From positions 130,200,001 to 130,264,000 of the forward strand of contig OX597817.1 in NCBI GenBank assembly GCA_951406725.2: a stretch of DNA of 64,000 nt. Reading direction: 5' to 3'. Below are positions 35,043 to 47,735 of this stretch, piece by piece. Positions within the stretch are counted from its first letter, which is position 1. The number at the start of each line of letters is the position of its first letter. Below the pieces are notes generated by a model. It made no database searches, was not told the DNA's origin, and saw only the letters and a list, made by a program, of their open reading frames with translations. Origin of the DNA: Octopus vulgaris (Eukaryota). A program made the position numbers and the translations under genes.

Positions 35043-35649
35043 ACGCGTGTGTGTGTGTTGTGAAAACTCTTTTTTCAGACCACTGCATGGTATACTGTAC
35101 TCTTAGTTCCCATTAATCCAAAAGTAGACCAAACACATTTATTTCGGTGCACACATTCCTCCACATTATGGATCTGCATTAAACAAACGGCCTGCAATTA
35201 AACATGACCTATTGCCTGTCGACTGGTCTTTCACACACTTCCTCAGGCATCAAAGCGATGTGGTAGATATTTGAGCATAAATATTCTAATTTATATTTGC
35301 TCAAACCACACCCCATTACAACACATGACGAAAAAGAAAAAAAAATAGAAGTAGGCTTTTCAAAAGCAGGGTGAAAAAACTGAACTTCACAAAAAAGGTC
35401 AAGAGATTAAATAAAAATGAATCTACTAGAATAATACTAGAAGTAGCATCCACCACCAGCAACAGTAATAACGCGTGAATCGAAAAATTTCGTGTTCAGA
35501 ACAGTAGATAAACCATTGCTGATCAATGTGAAAAGTGAGCCATTGATAAAATTATATGCAAAATATACCCCAAAGTATAATCCGATAGTATTCACCTTAT
35601 TTTCCATAAAAGAAAAATAGAAAAGGTATAATGGAAAAGTAACTGTTAA

Positions 35650-35840
35650 AGGCAGAGACATGGCTGTGTAATAAGACGTTTGCTGCCCAAACACATGGTT
35701 CCAGGTTCAGTCCCATTGCATAGTATCTTGAGCAAGCGTCTTCTGCAAGAGATCCGGTTGAATAAGGTCTTGTGAGTGTATTTGATAGATGGAAATTAAA
35801 AGAAGCTCGTCGTATGTGTGTGTGTGTGTGTGTGTGTGTA
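35650..35840 (+). mobile_element. SINE family C 5' part
   Basis: Matches 34455-34620. Confidence 0.65.
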
Positions 35841-36232
35841 GGTTTATGTCTTATACTATTTAAATCATATATTAAATGTTTGGCAGAAGGCTCATGGGAT
35901 GATGTCATACACCATAACTTCAGCACAACCGTTCTCAGAGCTGGCTTCGTCATTTCAATATCATTGCTATTGTTATGTTCGACATTTGATATTCTATCTG
36001 CAATTTCGTCCTTTCGGAGTCTGAGGTCAATGTAATCCACTTAAACCCACTCCTGAACATTGCTGGCCTTCTATAACATCACTTGCATCCACACAGATGC
36101 ACCCACCCACGCACACACAAACACATACACACACACACATAACTGCACACACAAAAAGAGATACCACACACTCATTCATGAATATATGCATATGTGTGTG
36201 TGTTTGTATATGTGTCTTTGTGTGTGTGTGTC

Positions 36233-36284
<52 letters not shown>

Positions 36285-36566
36285 TGTGTGTGTGAGTGTG
36301 TGCATGCATGTATTTCAATATATATTCACCATACTCTTTGACACTCACTCTCTTTATATATGGATTAGCTCTCACCTATTGCTTTCAAAACCTCATCGTG
36401 TACTGTTTACTTTCATTTTGTTGTGGCGAGAGTACGACACCCTCTGACGAAAATAGACGGGTTCACTACATATAAATAGTAGCGGTCTGACGTAGTCTGC
36501 AGTTCCTAGTGTGGTCCTCGAAGTCCAGGTACAGTTTATAGTTCGAGTTAGTGTGTTGGAAATATT

Positions 36567-36767
36567 TTTTCCTACTCTAGGGACAAAGCCCGAAATTTTG
36601 GAGGAAGGGTCAGTCGATTAGATCGACCTCAGTATGCAACTGGTACTTAATCTATCGATGCTGAAAGGATGAAAGGCAAAGTGGACCTCGGCGCATTTTG
36701 AACTTAGAACGTAAAGACAGACGAAATACCGCTAAGCATGCTAACGTTCCTGCCAGCTCACCGCCTT
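36567..36767 (-). mobile_element. SINE family B
   Basis: Colinear with 9154-9364. Confidence 0.8.
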
Positions 36768-36804
36768 AGTGGAGCATAGAAAAGCTTTGTTCAAGAAAAT
36801 TAAA

Positions 36805-37297
36805 GAGTAGGGGAAATTGTTGAATCACCATCCGTGAGTTATCAGAGGATGAACAGATTAGTTACGTTTCAGTTCAGTCCATTATCACTGAAGATTTGGG
36901 CATGAGACGCGTACCTGCCAGGTTTGTACCAAAACTGCTTTCAGCTGACCAAAAAGAGACACCCGGATTTCAGTTGCACAGGATCTCTTTGATTCTATCG
37001 AGAAGGATGAAAACTTCTTGAAAACTTTACGTAGGCCTCTGAGCAGGTATCGCCAAGCTTTTGGCAAAATTTACTCCAGATTCTCTGCTCAACTTTCTCT
37101 GTCATGGTCAATGCGACGATCACATGCTACACACCTTTCTTCCAAGCACTGCTGCAAGCAGCGGAAGTGAGCTAAAACGTTAAAACTTAGTGCGCATGCT
37201 CAGCAGAGTTGAAGGTCAATTAGTGCTATGCGGCTTCACTCTGTGTGCTTTAGATTCGTTGCTGTGGCAACAGCCCGGAAATTTTATTGATCAGACC
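36805..37297 (+). mobile_element. second (right-half) copy of the mariner derivative
   Basis: Colinear with about 23445-23908, including the same internal junction. Confidence 0.85.
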
Positions 37298-37613
37298 AAT
37301 ATATATATTTCTCTCTTCAAAGAAAATATTTCTCCCAGCGTTCACTATTTTCCTCTCGCTCTGGTCTAACAACTCTCCATGTTTAGTTTCGTCCAGTTTC
37401 CTTCTATGTTTCCACTGCCCTGTTTTTATTCAAATAGTAAATATATGAAAATCCGTAGTAAATACATGAGAAAAAATACAACTTTCAGGGACAGTAGTGG
37501 TTTATTGAGACGGAAAGTTGTAGATTTTTTCGTATCCAAGTGCGATAAACTGAAAACGTTTTTTTTATAATTCACGGTAGGCGTTTATCTATATATACAA
37601 TATATTCATGCAC

Positions 37614-37700
<87 letters not shown>

Positions 37701-37959
37701 AGACACACATCCATGCATAGACCACTCGTATGGACGCCCTGAATCCGACAATGCATCAAGGCATATAATTTTATGCGTTCAATGAAAATAAGTGACACAT
37801 ATTGTTACTGGAAACCAATTTAACTCATGCAAAATGCATCAACTAGAAAAACTCTGTCCCTCCGGCCTTTCGGAGTGCATTTTCCTTTTCCACAATATTC
37901 TCCTTTGGAAATGTATATTGTTGTATAGTCAAACAGATGGACATCATTAATTTTATACT

Positions 37960-38021
<62 letters not shown>

Positions 38022-38029
38022 CACCACAC

Positions 38030-38078
<49 letters not shown>

Positions 38079-38308
38079 TGCATACATATATATATATGTA
38101 TATATGTATGTATATTCATACATACATATATATATATATATGTGTGTGTGTATGTGTATATATATATATAGAAATACATACGTATGCATATATGTACACA
38201 CACATACATACACACACAAATGTTATTCTATGGTCTGCATTAATCACAACGATTCCTCGACGGTCGATTATATTTAACCAACTTAAATTATTATTACAGG
38301 CTTCTTTC

Positions 38309-38660
38309 AGGCGGTGAGCTGGCAGAATCATTAGCACGCTGTGCTTAACAGTATTTCGTCCGTCTATACATGCTGTATTCAACTTCCGCTGAAGTCGACT
38401 TTGCCGTTCATCCTAGCGGGATCGATAAATTAAGTACCAGGAAAACACTGAGGTCGATGTAATCGACTAGTCATCTCCCATCAAATTTCAGGCTTTGGGC
38501 TTTAGTAGAAAGGATTATTATTATTATTTTAATTAAGGCGGCGCACTAGCAGAATTGTTAGCACACCGGGCGAAATGCATAGCAATTTCGAAGGGGCGCC
38601 TAAGTCAATTGCATCGTGCCCAGTGCTCAACTGGTTCTCATCTTACCGATCCCGAAAGGA
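38309..38660 (+). mobile_element. SINE family B copy with (ATT)n tail plus adjacent fragments
   Basis: AGGCGGTGAGCTGGCAGAATCATTAGC..GATCGATAAATTAAGTACCAG..GAAAGGATTATTATT; a second head begins at about 38535. Confidence 0.75.
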
Positions 38661-38796
38661 TAAAAATGCGCACAATACAACTACGTCTGTGTGAATGTGT
38701 TTGCGTGTGATCATGTGTGTGTGCTTGTGTGTGTGCGCGCGCATGTTTTTGTGTGTGCGTGTGCGCACGCGTGTGTGTATATATATGTGTGTGTGT

Positions 38797-38870
<74 letters not shown>

Positions 38871-39335
38871 AAGAGTTCCAATGTGTGTGCGTGTGTGAAT
38901 AAAGTGAACCTGGGTCAAAATTTCCGACCAGTTTTCAGTTGTTAGGTCAATGAAACTATTTTTTCATTCAATCAGCATGCAAGCGGTTGCGTATTTCGCA
39001 GACATATGTACCATTAACGTAAATTTCTGACCGAATTTGTGTCACTAATTGAATACAAAACCTAAACCTTTAGATTACAGCTACGGTCTATCGGACACGC
39101 TGTCATATAGGCTCTGCCTCTTCATTTTCACTCACAAGTGTAGAGTCGATACGAAGCGAACTCCCTAGCAAGTTTGCTATATCGCATTTACAGTGTATAA
39201 ATATGAATACAGAAGTACATATAGAAAATATATAAAAAAAAAAATCTACTAACCCTCCAAGGCGGTGCCCCAGGTTGGTCATAATCCAATAACTCAAATG
39301 AGTAAGAGATAAAGGATACATACATACATACACAC

Positions 39336-39815
39336 ATCAGTTGCCCAGCGAACGTTAACATAAAACTGAAGGTCAGTGAAAGAGACCTATGCTGAACTAT
39401 TGAGAGATCTACTATTATTCTACTCAGATTACATGTACAGCTTTATACCTGTAATCATTGGGGAACTGGGATATGTAACACACTGCCAATATACCATTCT
39501 TGAGAAATTAGGCTTCTCGAAACCAGAAAGGAGAAAGCTGATTCAAAATTTTGTAAAACTTCCTAGAAGTTATTCATTTAAGTCATATAAGCATGTCAAG
39601 ATATGTAACTACATGTAAGAGGATACATACATGAATTAAAACATACAAATTTATAAATGCAGTGACCCCCAAATACAGCACATATACAAACGTACATACA
39701 AAAATATCTTATTGATGTTGAAATTCCACTGAAGGACCTTCGATGTAGATTAGAAACCGGCTTTTTATCTTTTGGCAAGAAATTTTTAAATAAAACTTAA
39801 TAATAGTATACATAC
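39336..39815 (+). mobile_element. RLE retrotransposon 3' fragment with CATA at both junctions
   Basis: ISCPANVNIKLKVSE/ETYAELLRDL..SFIPVIIGELGYVTHCQYTILEKLGFSKPERRKLI; shared 3' UTR. Confidence 0.8.
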
Positions 39816-40019
39816 GTAATGGACTGTGAAATGATTTTTTTTTATTATTTACAGGCATAAAAGTGGTTGCATGGCATTTTTTTGTCCCAAACTTTTTATT
39901 CGGAAAGCAATAACTCAAAAGTCAAAGAGAACTTTTACGCTGGTACACACACACACACATACACGCGTACACACACATACATACACGCACATATATATGC
40001 ATACTATACATCTTTAAAT

Positions 40020-40068
<49 letters not shown>

Positions 40069-40454
40069 TTACAATTGTTTCACCGGCATTCGAACTTATA
40101 TAATACATGCAACTATGTGCTCAAAGTGTATCATTATACTGATACAATCATTACATTGTATCAATATAATGATACAGCTGAAGTCTACCATTGACTGTAT
40201 TATATAATAATATAGCAATACTCCCGAGTCTGAATGTCAATGAAACAATTGTTAATTTATGTAATAAATTAATTTGCTCACTCCACTCTCCATTATATAA
40301 AATATATAAACTCTAGGGATATTTATGGATTTTCGGAAATATCATCTGCAAAACCTCCACCGCTGATTTAAAGTCACATCTGATATCCAGTATCCGTTGA
40401 TGAACTCAAAAGTGCAAACGCAAGATTAAGACTCGAATGAAAATTATTTATATA

Positions 40455-40670
40455 CGAGGGGGTACTGAAAAGTTCCTGGTTTTAGGTGAAAGAGAATATA
40501 AGAGGATTAGTTAATTATGATTGTATTCAACATATTCTTCTTTCAGGTTCACTTACTTATTGCAGTGGTCCTTCAGCTTCTCTAAGCTCTGTAAAAGAAC
40601 TCAGAAGGTTGGGACTCCAACCAAGCCTTTCGCGACACCCTTAAAGCCAGAAACTTTTCAGACGCCCTCG
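40455..40670. mobile_element. mariner-type MITE (about 215 bp)
   Basis: TIR CGAGGGGGTACTGAAAAGTTCCTGG / CCAGAAACTTTTCAGACGCCCTCG; second copy at 52917-53121. Confidence 0.85.
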
Positions 40671-40725
40671 TGTGTGTGTATGTGTGTGTGTAGAATAGAG
40701 AGGAATCGCCATATTTCATTCCACA

Positions 40726-40820
40726 ACGGCTACTTCTGATGAGAGCATGTTACATAATCGAACTATCACCTAACACTCCTTTGGCCCTCTGGTGCGAAAC
40801 CTATTGGTAAGGTGACCCGT
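40726..40820 (+). ncRNA. type I hammerhead ribozyme motif, intact core
   Basis: ACGGCTACTT-CTGATGA-GA-GCA...TGC-GAAA-CC tatt GG-TA-AGGTGACCCGT; predicted cleavage after GUA at 40809. Confidence 0.6.
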
Positions 40821-40854
40821 ACTGGCTATATAATACTGTATACTTCGATTAATT

Positions 40855-40905
<51 letters not shown>

Positions 40906-41361
40906 AAATCCATGCATGGATGAATGGATCGATGTACGTATGTATGCAATATCTATTTGAGTCAAAATAGGTAATACAAACAGAATAGTGAAAACAAGCA
41001 GGAATGACTGCTAAGCTTAAACGAGGTTGTGGTGGCGAACGCGTAAATCAAGCTAGGACAGGAGACAAACTAGAACACATCTTCCTTGTTCCAGCTACAA
41101 CGGAGAAAAAGAAAGAAAGATGGCCGATGGTCACGAAGGGAGTCACGTGAGCAAGGGAGGAGGAATGAGGGAGATAGAATGACAGAGTAATAGGATAGAA
41201 TAGTGGGAGAAGGGGAGGTAAAAGAATAAGAGAGAGAAAAAGACAGAAAAACGAAAGAGTAAAAAGATCGCATAGAGTGCTGGGGTCGATATAATCGACT
41301 TAATCCGTTTGTCTGTCCTTGTTTGTCCCCTCTATGTTTAGCCTCTTGTGGGTAATAAAGA

Positions 41362-41435
<74 letters not shown>

Positions 41436-41766
41436 CGCACAGACTCACATACATATACATACATATTTATTTATGCCGGATGTATAAACGGTTTCAACAT
41501 ACAGCTTCCAATCCTTTAATCAACTAATATTCCTGCAATCAAACGTTGGTTTCTCTTCAATCCATTGCCATATATGGAAATAACTATGGAAGAGAAGAAC
41601 AAAAAATGATATTATCCAGAATTTACTTCCCTGCATTTATGTAGCTGTTCAATATGAATGCACGAATCACTTCTGACTAAGCCCGTTCTATAAATAACCT
41701 CTGACCTATTTGACAGATATTCGTTTGGGAAGAGGTGTTCCTCTGTGTGTATGTCTGTGTGCGTGT

Positions 41767-41811
<45 letters not shown>

Positions 41812-41932
41812 TGTGCCTGCTTGGATAGTTGGGTGTAGACGAAGGTTGTTGAGGGTGTGATCTGGTGCGCGTGTGGGCGCTACGTTTTAGAGTGTCTAAC
41901 TGCCGAACATCTATGTCATGGTTTTTCTGTTC

Positions 41933-42002
<70 letters not shown>

Positions 42003-42160
42003 TGACAGTGCTCCAGTATCGCCACAACCTTTGGGCTGAAACATAAAGAAATAAAATAAATATATATGCATACATGCGTACATACATACATATATACATA
42101 TACATACATATATATATATATATATGTGTATATATGTATATATATGTATATATATATATG

Positions 42161-42196
<36 letters not shown>

Positions 42197-42540
42197 TGTA
42201 TGTATGTATATATGTATGCATAGATATATGTGTACGTGTGCGTGTGTGTATGTGTATGTGTGTAAACAATGTTAGCAGTTGTAATAATCGACTCAGGGGT
42301 AAAATATCCGTATTACTATCGGCATCCGTTAGCTGTGTTGTCCCCGGGCATTGGTGTGCATATACACTATGCTCGTAGAATGAAGGTAACAACAGGATAA
42401 ACAAGAGTTTATCAGGAAACAAATACAAATAATAAGAAAATGGAGAAAACCTCAGATTAACAAACACATCGATTAGATCGCATATATAGCTTATTTTCTA
42501 ATATACAAAGCGTGACATAACAAATAGGTGACGTAACAAA

Positions 42541-42645
42541 TCTTACAGCCGTTTCTGCATTGATGTCAAGTGCTGTCTATAAATAATTGCAAAAATAAAA
42601 TTCTTCATAGGATATTCAGATTAAGGCATGGAGCTTCTTCAGAGT
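42541..42645 (-). ncRNA. degenerate long-stem-II hammerhead motif
   Basis: Minus: CT-CTGAAGA-A-GC...GC-A-GAAA-C ggct G-TA-AG; core intact, helices weak. Confidence 0.4.
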
Positions 42646-42882
42646 AAAAAACAAGAACATCCAATATAAACAATGGGAAGAAGAAACAGGAAAGAAAACA
42701 TGGCATAGAAAAGAAGTCTAGAAGCCTAATATATTAAAAACATAATCCACCATCTTAGGGCGACGAAGTCCGTATGTAAAAAGTGAGCTGGTAATGGTCT
42801 AGGGAATACTACAGTTTATTTACGGGTAGCTTCAATTTAAGGGTAGTGGCCAGGATGTTTTAAAATTAAAGAAAAGAAGTTA

Positions 42883-42932
<50 letters not shown>

Positions 42933-43071
42933 AGGAAACTTACTAACATGATTATCAAAGGTCAGCACCTATACTAACGAAGTAAACTCAAGTAAATGTA
43001 TCCAAAACATTACTGTAGTGTGCTTAAGAAAGTTTACTCACAGAAATCCCACATATATATATATATATATA

Positions 43072-43140
<69 letters not shown>

Positions 43141-43181
43141 ACATACATATATACATGCCTACATGTATATCACATATACAC

Positions 43182-43250
<69 letters not shown>

Positions 43251-43310
43251 ACGAAAAACAATCTCTTTTAAATCTCTGAGAGAGAAATATGTAGTAACAG
43301 TACCGTACAC

Positions 43311-43535
43311 TAAAGTCTATTTGCCAACACAACATGGCAGTCCTACGCAGGACGATGTTACAACTTTTTAACCCCAGGAAAACATCTTTTCCAGCTAGCT
43401 AACGGCACATGAGATGTTTCCCTATCCTGAGAGCAAGGGAGCGGTAGCCAGCTGGACAAGATGTTTTCCTCAGGCTAAAATGTAGTAACATTGTCCTGCG
43501 TAGAACTGTCACGCTATTTTGGCAAATAGACTTTA
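43311..43535. repeat. foldback inverted repeat (about 90-bp arms), MITE-like
   Basis: TAAAGTCTATTTGCCAA..CTACGCAGGACGATGTTAC..GGAAAACATCTT..CCAGCTAGCTA is mirrored at 43445-43535. Confidence 0.8.
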
Positions 43536-43787
43536 TTTCATTCTCTCTACCACACCTCTATCCCGCTCTCTTTCTCTCTCCCTCCCTCCCTCTGCTGATC
43601 TGCTACTCTTTCTCTCTCCTCTCAGGTCAATGCCCTTGTCTCTTTCTTTCCCCACTGGCTGATCTGCCACCCCCTTCTCCCTTCAGCTTTTTCTTCTATT
43701 CTCTCCTCTCCCTCTCAGGTCAATGTCCTTGTCTTTCCCGCTCTCTCAGTTCCTCTATTCCACTCACTCACTGTATCCCAAGCAAAG

Positions 43788-44580
43788 ATGTCACGGAATT
43801 GGTCCGCTAAAGAATTGCAATTGTTTGTCCGCGCCTGGAAAATTGCCCAAGGAAACTCCCGAAACAACATCATTGCAGTGGCACTTAAAAGTAATGAGTT
43901 CTCCAGAATCATCTCCCAGATAGAGTGAAAGAAACGCGAATTTCTCCGTTCATATACTCTAATTAGACAACATATGGACACACTTGACATCATCTTGGGA
44001 GGTGACTGCACCAAGGAAGACAAAAAGGATGGAGAAAACATCCAGGGCTCAACGGTCTCTCAGAAGAGCAAGACCAAATCCACAACTGAGAGACCTGCAA
44101 CCAAGGGAAACAATGGCACTTGTCCAACCCCCAGCACGCGTGAAGACCAAAGAGGTGTGATGGCCGAACAACAGAAGAGTCCCAGCAAGAGTTACAGGAG
44201 TTTCAAGGGCAAAAGCAGGAGCATCTGCAAATTTTACCTGCAAGGAAACTGCTGGCATGGCGACGATGGTGCAAACTGTCATTTTGCAGATTAGAAGCCC
44301 TGCGAAAACCGCATGGGCCCAAGACTACAATCCCTTCCACGAGGAGGACAACAGGAAAGATACCAAAGAAGGAAAAATGGCGCACTGTCTACTCCCGAAA
44401 GACGATATGCGGATGTAGTGCGTGGTCCAAAAAGGATACTGCATGGCCCAACAAATGGCTGGCTTTACCCAGATGTGAGAAGTGCAGCAGCTGAACAACA
44501 ATCTGTCCAGCAAATTGTCCAGCAGCTGACCTGGCTACAGACACAAAGTTGGAACTATACCTGTCACCACACAATTCAAT

Positions 44581-44582
<2 letters not shown>
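43788..44582 (+). pseudogene. LINE ORF1 (Myb/SANT-like N-terminus plus CCCH-type zinc finger), disrupted by stops
   Basis: MSRNWSAKELQLFVRAWK..IAVAL..SRIISQIE*KKREFLRSY is in frame with the 43974 ORF, which contains CKFYLQGNCWHGDDGANCHF; in-frame stops at 43926 and 44292. Confidence 0.6.
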
Positions 44583-44612
<30 letters not shown>

Positions 44613-44615
<3 letters not shown>

Positions 44616-47608
44616 GACACCGCCGGCAACAACGTACACCTCACCTCGATACTCCTACTGAACATCAGAGGACTGCAAACACTCAGTAACAGGACAAAGA
44701 TCCCGTTCCTGAGAGACTTTGTTGCATGCAATCAAGCCTTATGCATAGCACTTACAGAAACGCACCTGAAACCGGACATAGCAGATGCGGAGTTACACAT
44801 ACCACAGTATGCTGTACTACGGACCGACAGGAAAGAAAGGAGTCATGGAGGTGTTGCTATGTACATCCGTGAGGACCTCACACCCCAGGTCCTCTTGTCA
44901 TACTCAAACTCGGTGTGTGACACACTAATTGTACATATTAGGCAACTTGATGTAGTTGTGTGTGCTACATATCGCCCTCCAGATGCCCCAAGCCATGTGG
45001 GCAAGTTTGAAGACTGCCTTATAAAAATAGAAGAAATTCTAACCACATTAGAACAACACATAGGTGTGCTTCTCATGGGAGACTTCAATCTGCCCAATGT
45101 CAGATGGCCCGAGGGCCTTTCTCTCCCAGGAATGACAAGATGTGAACGAGGACAGGCGAGGTCCCTCCTGAACCTCATCAACACCCTGTACATGGAGCAG
45201 GTAATACTCCAACCAACCAGGGCAGGTAACACACTGGATCTCTGCTTCACAAATGACATGGATCTCATCCATAATGTGAAAGTGACACCGACACTACTCT
45301 CGGATCACAACATGATAGAGCTGACCATGTACGGGCCAAAAGAGAGCACGGACATGCAGCCTACAAGAAACCCTCAAAATCTTTCCAGCTTGAACTACCA
45401 TAAGGCAAACTGGAAACAAATTGAAAAGAGATCCTCAAACAAAACTGGCCTAAATGTCTCTCCTCGCCAGACATCGACGTGAAACTTCAACAATTCATGT
45501 CTGTAATGCAAGCCATATGCTACAAATGTGTCCCAGAGAGAAAGGCCACTGTACACAAGAACAAAATCCCCAGAGACAGGAAAATTTTAATGAGACGGCG
45601 TACGAAATTTTCAAATCGCCTAAACAAACAGATTGAAAGCAGTGAAAAGTCCCGCCTAAAAATAAAACTGTTGGAAATCGAAAAATGTCTGCAACTCTCC
45701 CATGAAAAAGAAAGAGCAGACAAAGAAGCCTGGGCTATAGAAAACATAAAATCTAACCCCAGAGCTTTCTACAGGTATGCCAAAGAAACAGCTACAGTGC
45801 ACTGTAGAATAGGGCCACTCCTCGAAAAGGATGGCACACTTACAGGAAAACCAATGAGGGTAAGTGAAATACTGAATGAGCAATTCAAGAGTGTTTTCAC
45901 TCCACCCCTTGGGCATCTCCAAATCACCAATCCAACTGACTTTTTTACCACTGCAGATATAAAATCAGAGGCGGCGACGATAGATTACATCGATATAAAG
46001 GAAGACGATGTAACCAAGGCTATAGATGAAATGAAAACAGACTCAGCTACTGGCCCCGATGGATTCCCGGCAATCCTCCTAAAAGCATGTAAGAGAGTCC
46101 TAGCAAGACCACTTCAGTTCCTCTTTCAGAGCTTCCTTGCAGCTGGCAAACTTCCAGGAAAACTGAAGGAAGGTAAAATATGCCCCATTCATAAAGGAGG
46201 TAGCAGAGCGGAAGCCAAGAACTATAGACCTATCTCTCTGACCTCACACATCAGCAAGGTCATGGAACGAATAGTCAGAAGGAAGCTGATCACCTTCCTT
46301 GAAGAGAATGACTTGCTGCCCGACACCCAACATGGTTTCCGACCAGGGAAAAGCTGTTTAACTCAGCTCCTACAACACTATGACTGGGTGCTGAAACGGC
46401 TGCTCAACCACTCAAATGTGGAAGTGATATATCTCGACTTTGCAAAGGCCTTTGATAAAGTCGATCATGGAATGATATGTCACAAACTGCGTGATCTCAA
46501 CATAGTTGGAAAACTGGGAGAATGGCTTCATGACTTTCTGAAGGATAGAAGTCAGGTGGTAGTAGCCAATGGGGCCACCTCCATTAACACACAAATAGTG
46601 AGCGGTGTTCCGCAGGGCACTGTTCTGGGACCACTACTGTTCATAATGGCCCTCTCAGACATGCCCTCAGCCACGCAGAGAGCCACGATCACAAGTTATG
46701 CAGATGATACAAAAGTTTCACAGGCAATACAGAACCCTGAGGACACTAAACACCTGCAATGTGAGCTGGACGAAATATACAAGTGGGCTGAAAAGAATAG
46801 CATGCAGTTCAATGCTGGAAAGTTTCAAGCTTTATACTATCAGCATGCAAAACTGAATGCAATACCCAATGAATACACTGGACCGGGAGGGATTGCAATC
46901 CCAGAGGCACAATCAGTGCGTGACCTGGGTATTCACATGAGTGATGACGCGACCTTTCATGTACATGTTGCTAAACTGACAATGAAATGTAGACGGCTGG
47001 CTGGATGGATTCTTAGAACCTTTAGAACAAGAGAACAAAAAACCATGATGGTCCTCTGGAAGACACTTGTCCTAAGCCACTTTGACTATTGCTCTCAGCT
47101 ATGGTCACCATCCAGTGTCAAGTTGATCACAGAACTTGAGGCGATCCAACGAAGCTACACAAAGAAGATAGCCTCTATGCAGAATGTAAGCTACTGGGAA
47201 AGACTCAAGAGATTAAAATTATATTCCCTGGAGCGTAGGCGGGAAAGATATGCCATAATATACATCTGGAAGATCCTGGAGGGAAGTGTCCTGAACTTTG
47301 GCATCGAGAGTTACGCAAATGCCAGAACTGGGCGCCACTGCGTGGTGCCTAGGACTCCAAACCTGCCATCAAGATGTAGGACAAGATTCTGTGATAGCCT
47401 GGGCTTCCGAGGCCCACAGCTCTTCAATATCCTCCCGAAGAACCTGAGAGACCTGCATGGGGTGGATACAGATGTCTTTAAAATGAAGCTGGATCTCTTC
47501 CTGTCAGGTGTCCCAGATGAACCAACTTCACGGCAGGAGGGGCAGATGAGGGCAGCTGCATCGAACTCTCTCATGCACCAAATAGCAGTTGCTAGAAAGC
47601 CTCCATGA
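44613..47608 (+). CDS. LINE ORF2: APE endonuclease plus reverse transcriptase (one frameshift near 45425)
   Basis: APE motifs NIRGL, LTETHL, GGVAMY, YRPP, GDFNLP, LDL and SDH; RT motifs YRPISLTS, QHGFR, LDFAKAFDKV, GVPQGTVLGPLLF and YADD. Confidence 0.95.
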
Positions 47609-47693
47609 AGTGAAACCAAGTAGCAACACCAACTGGCGGTGCCCCAGCATGGCCACAGCTCATAAGCTGAAACTAGAATCAATCAATCAATCA

Positions 47694-47732
<39 letters not shown>

Positions 47733-47735
<3 letters not shown>

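Larger units (their letters stand above)
43550..47696 (+). mobile_element. near-full-length CR1-group LINE (5' UTR, ORF1, ORF2, (AATC)n tail)
   Basis: CT-rich 5' region, ORF1 remnant, APE-RT ORF2, short 3' UTR and AATCAATC tail at 47677-47696; the 5' boundary is approximate. Confidence 0.9.
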
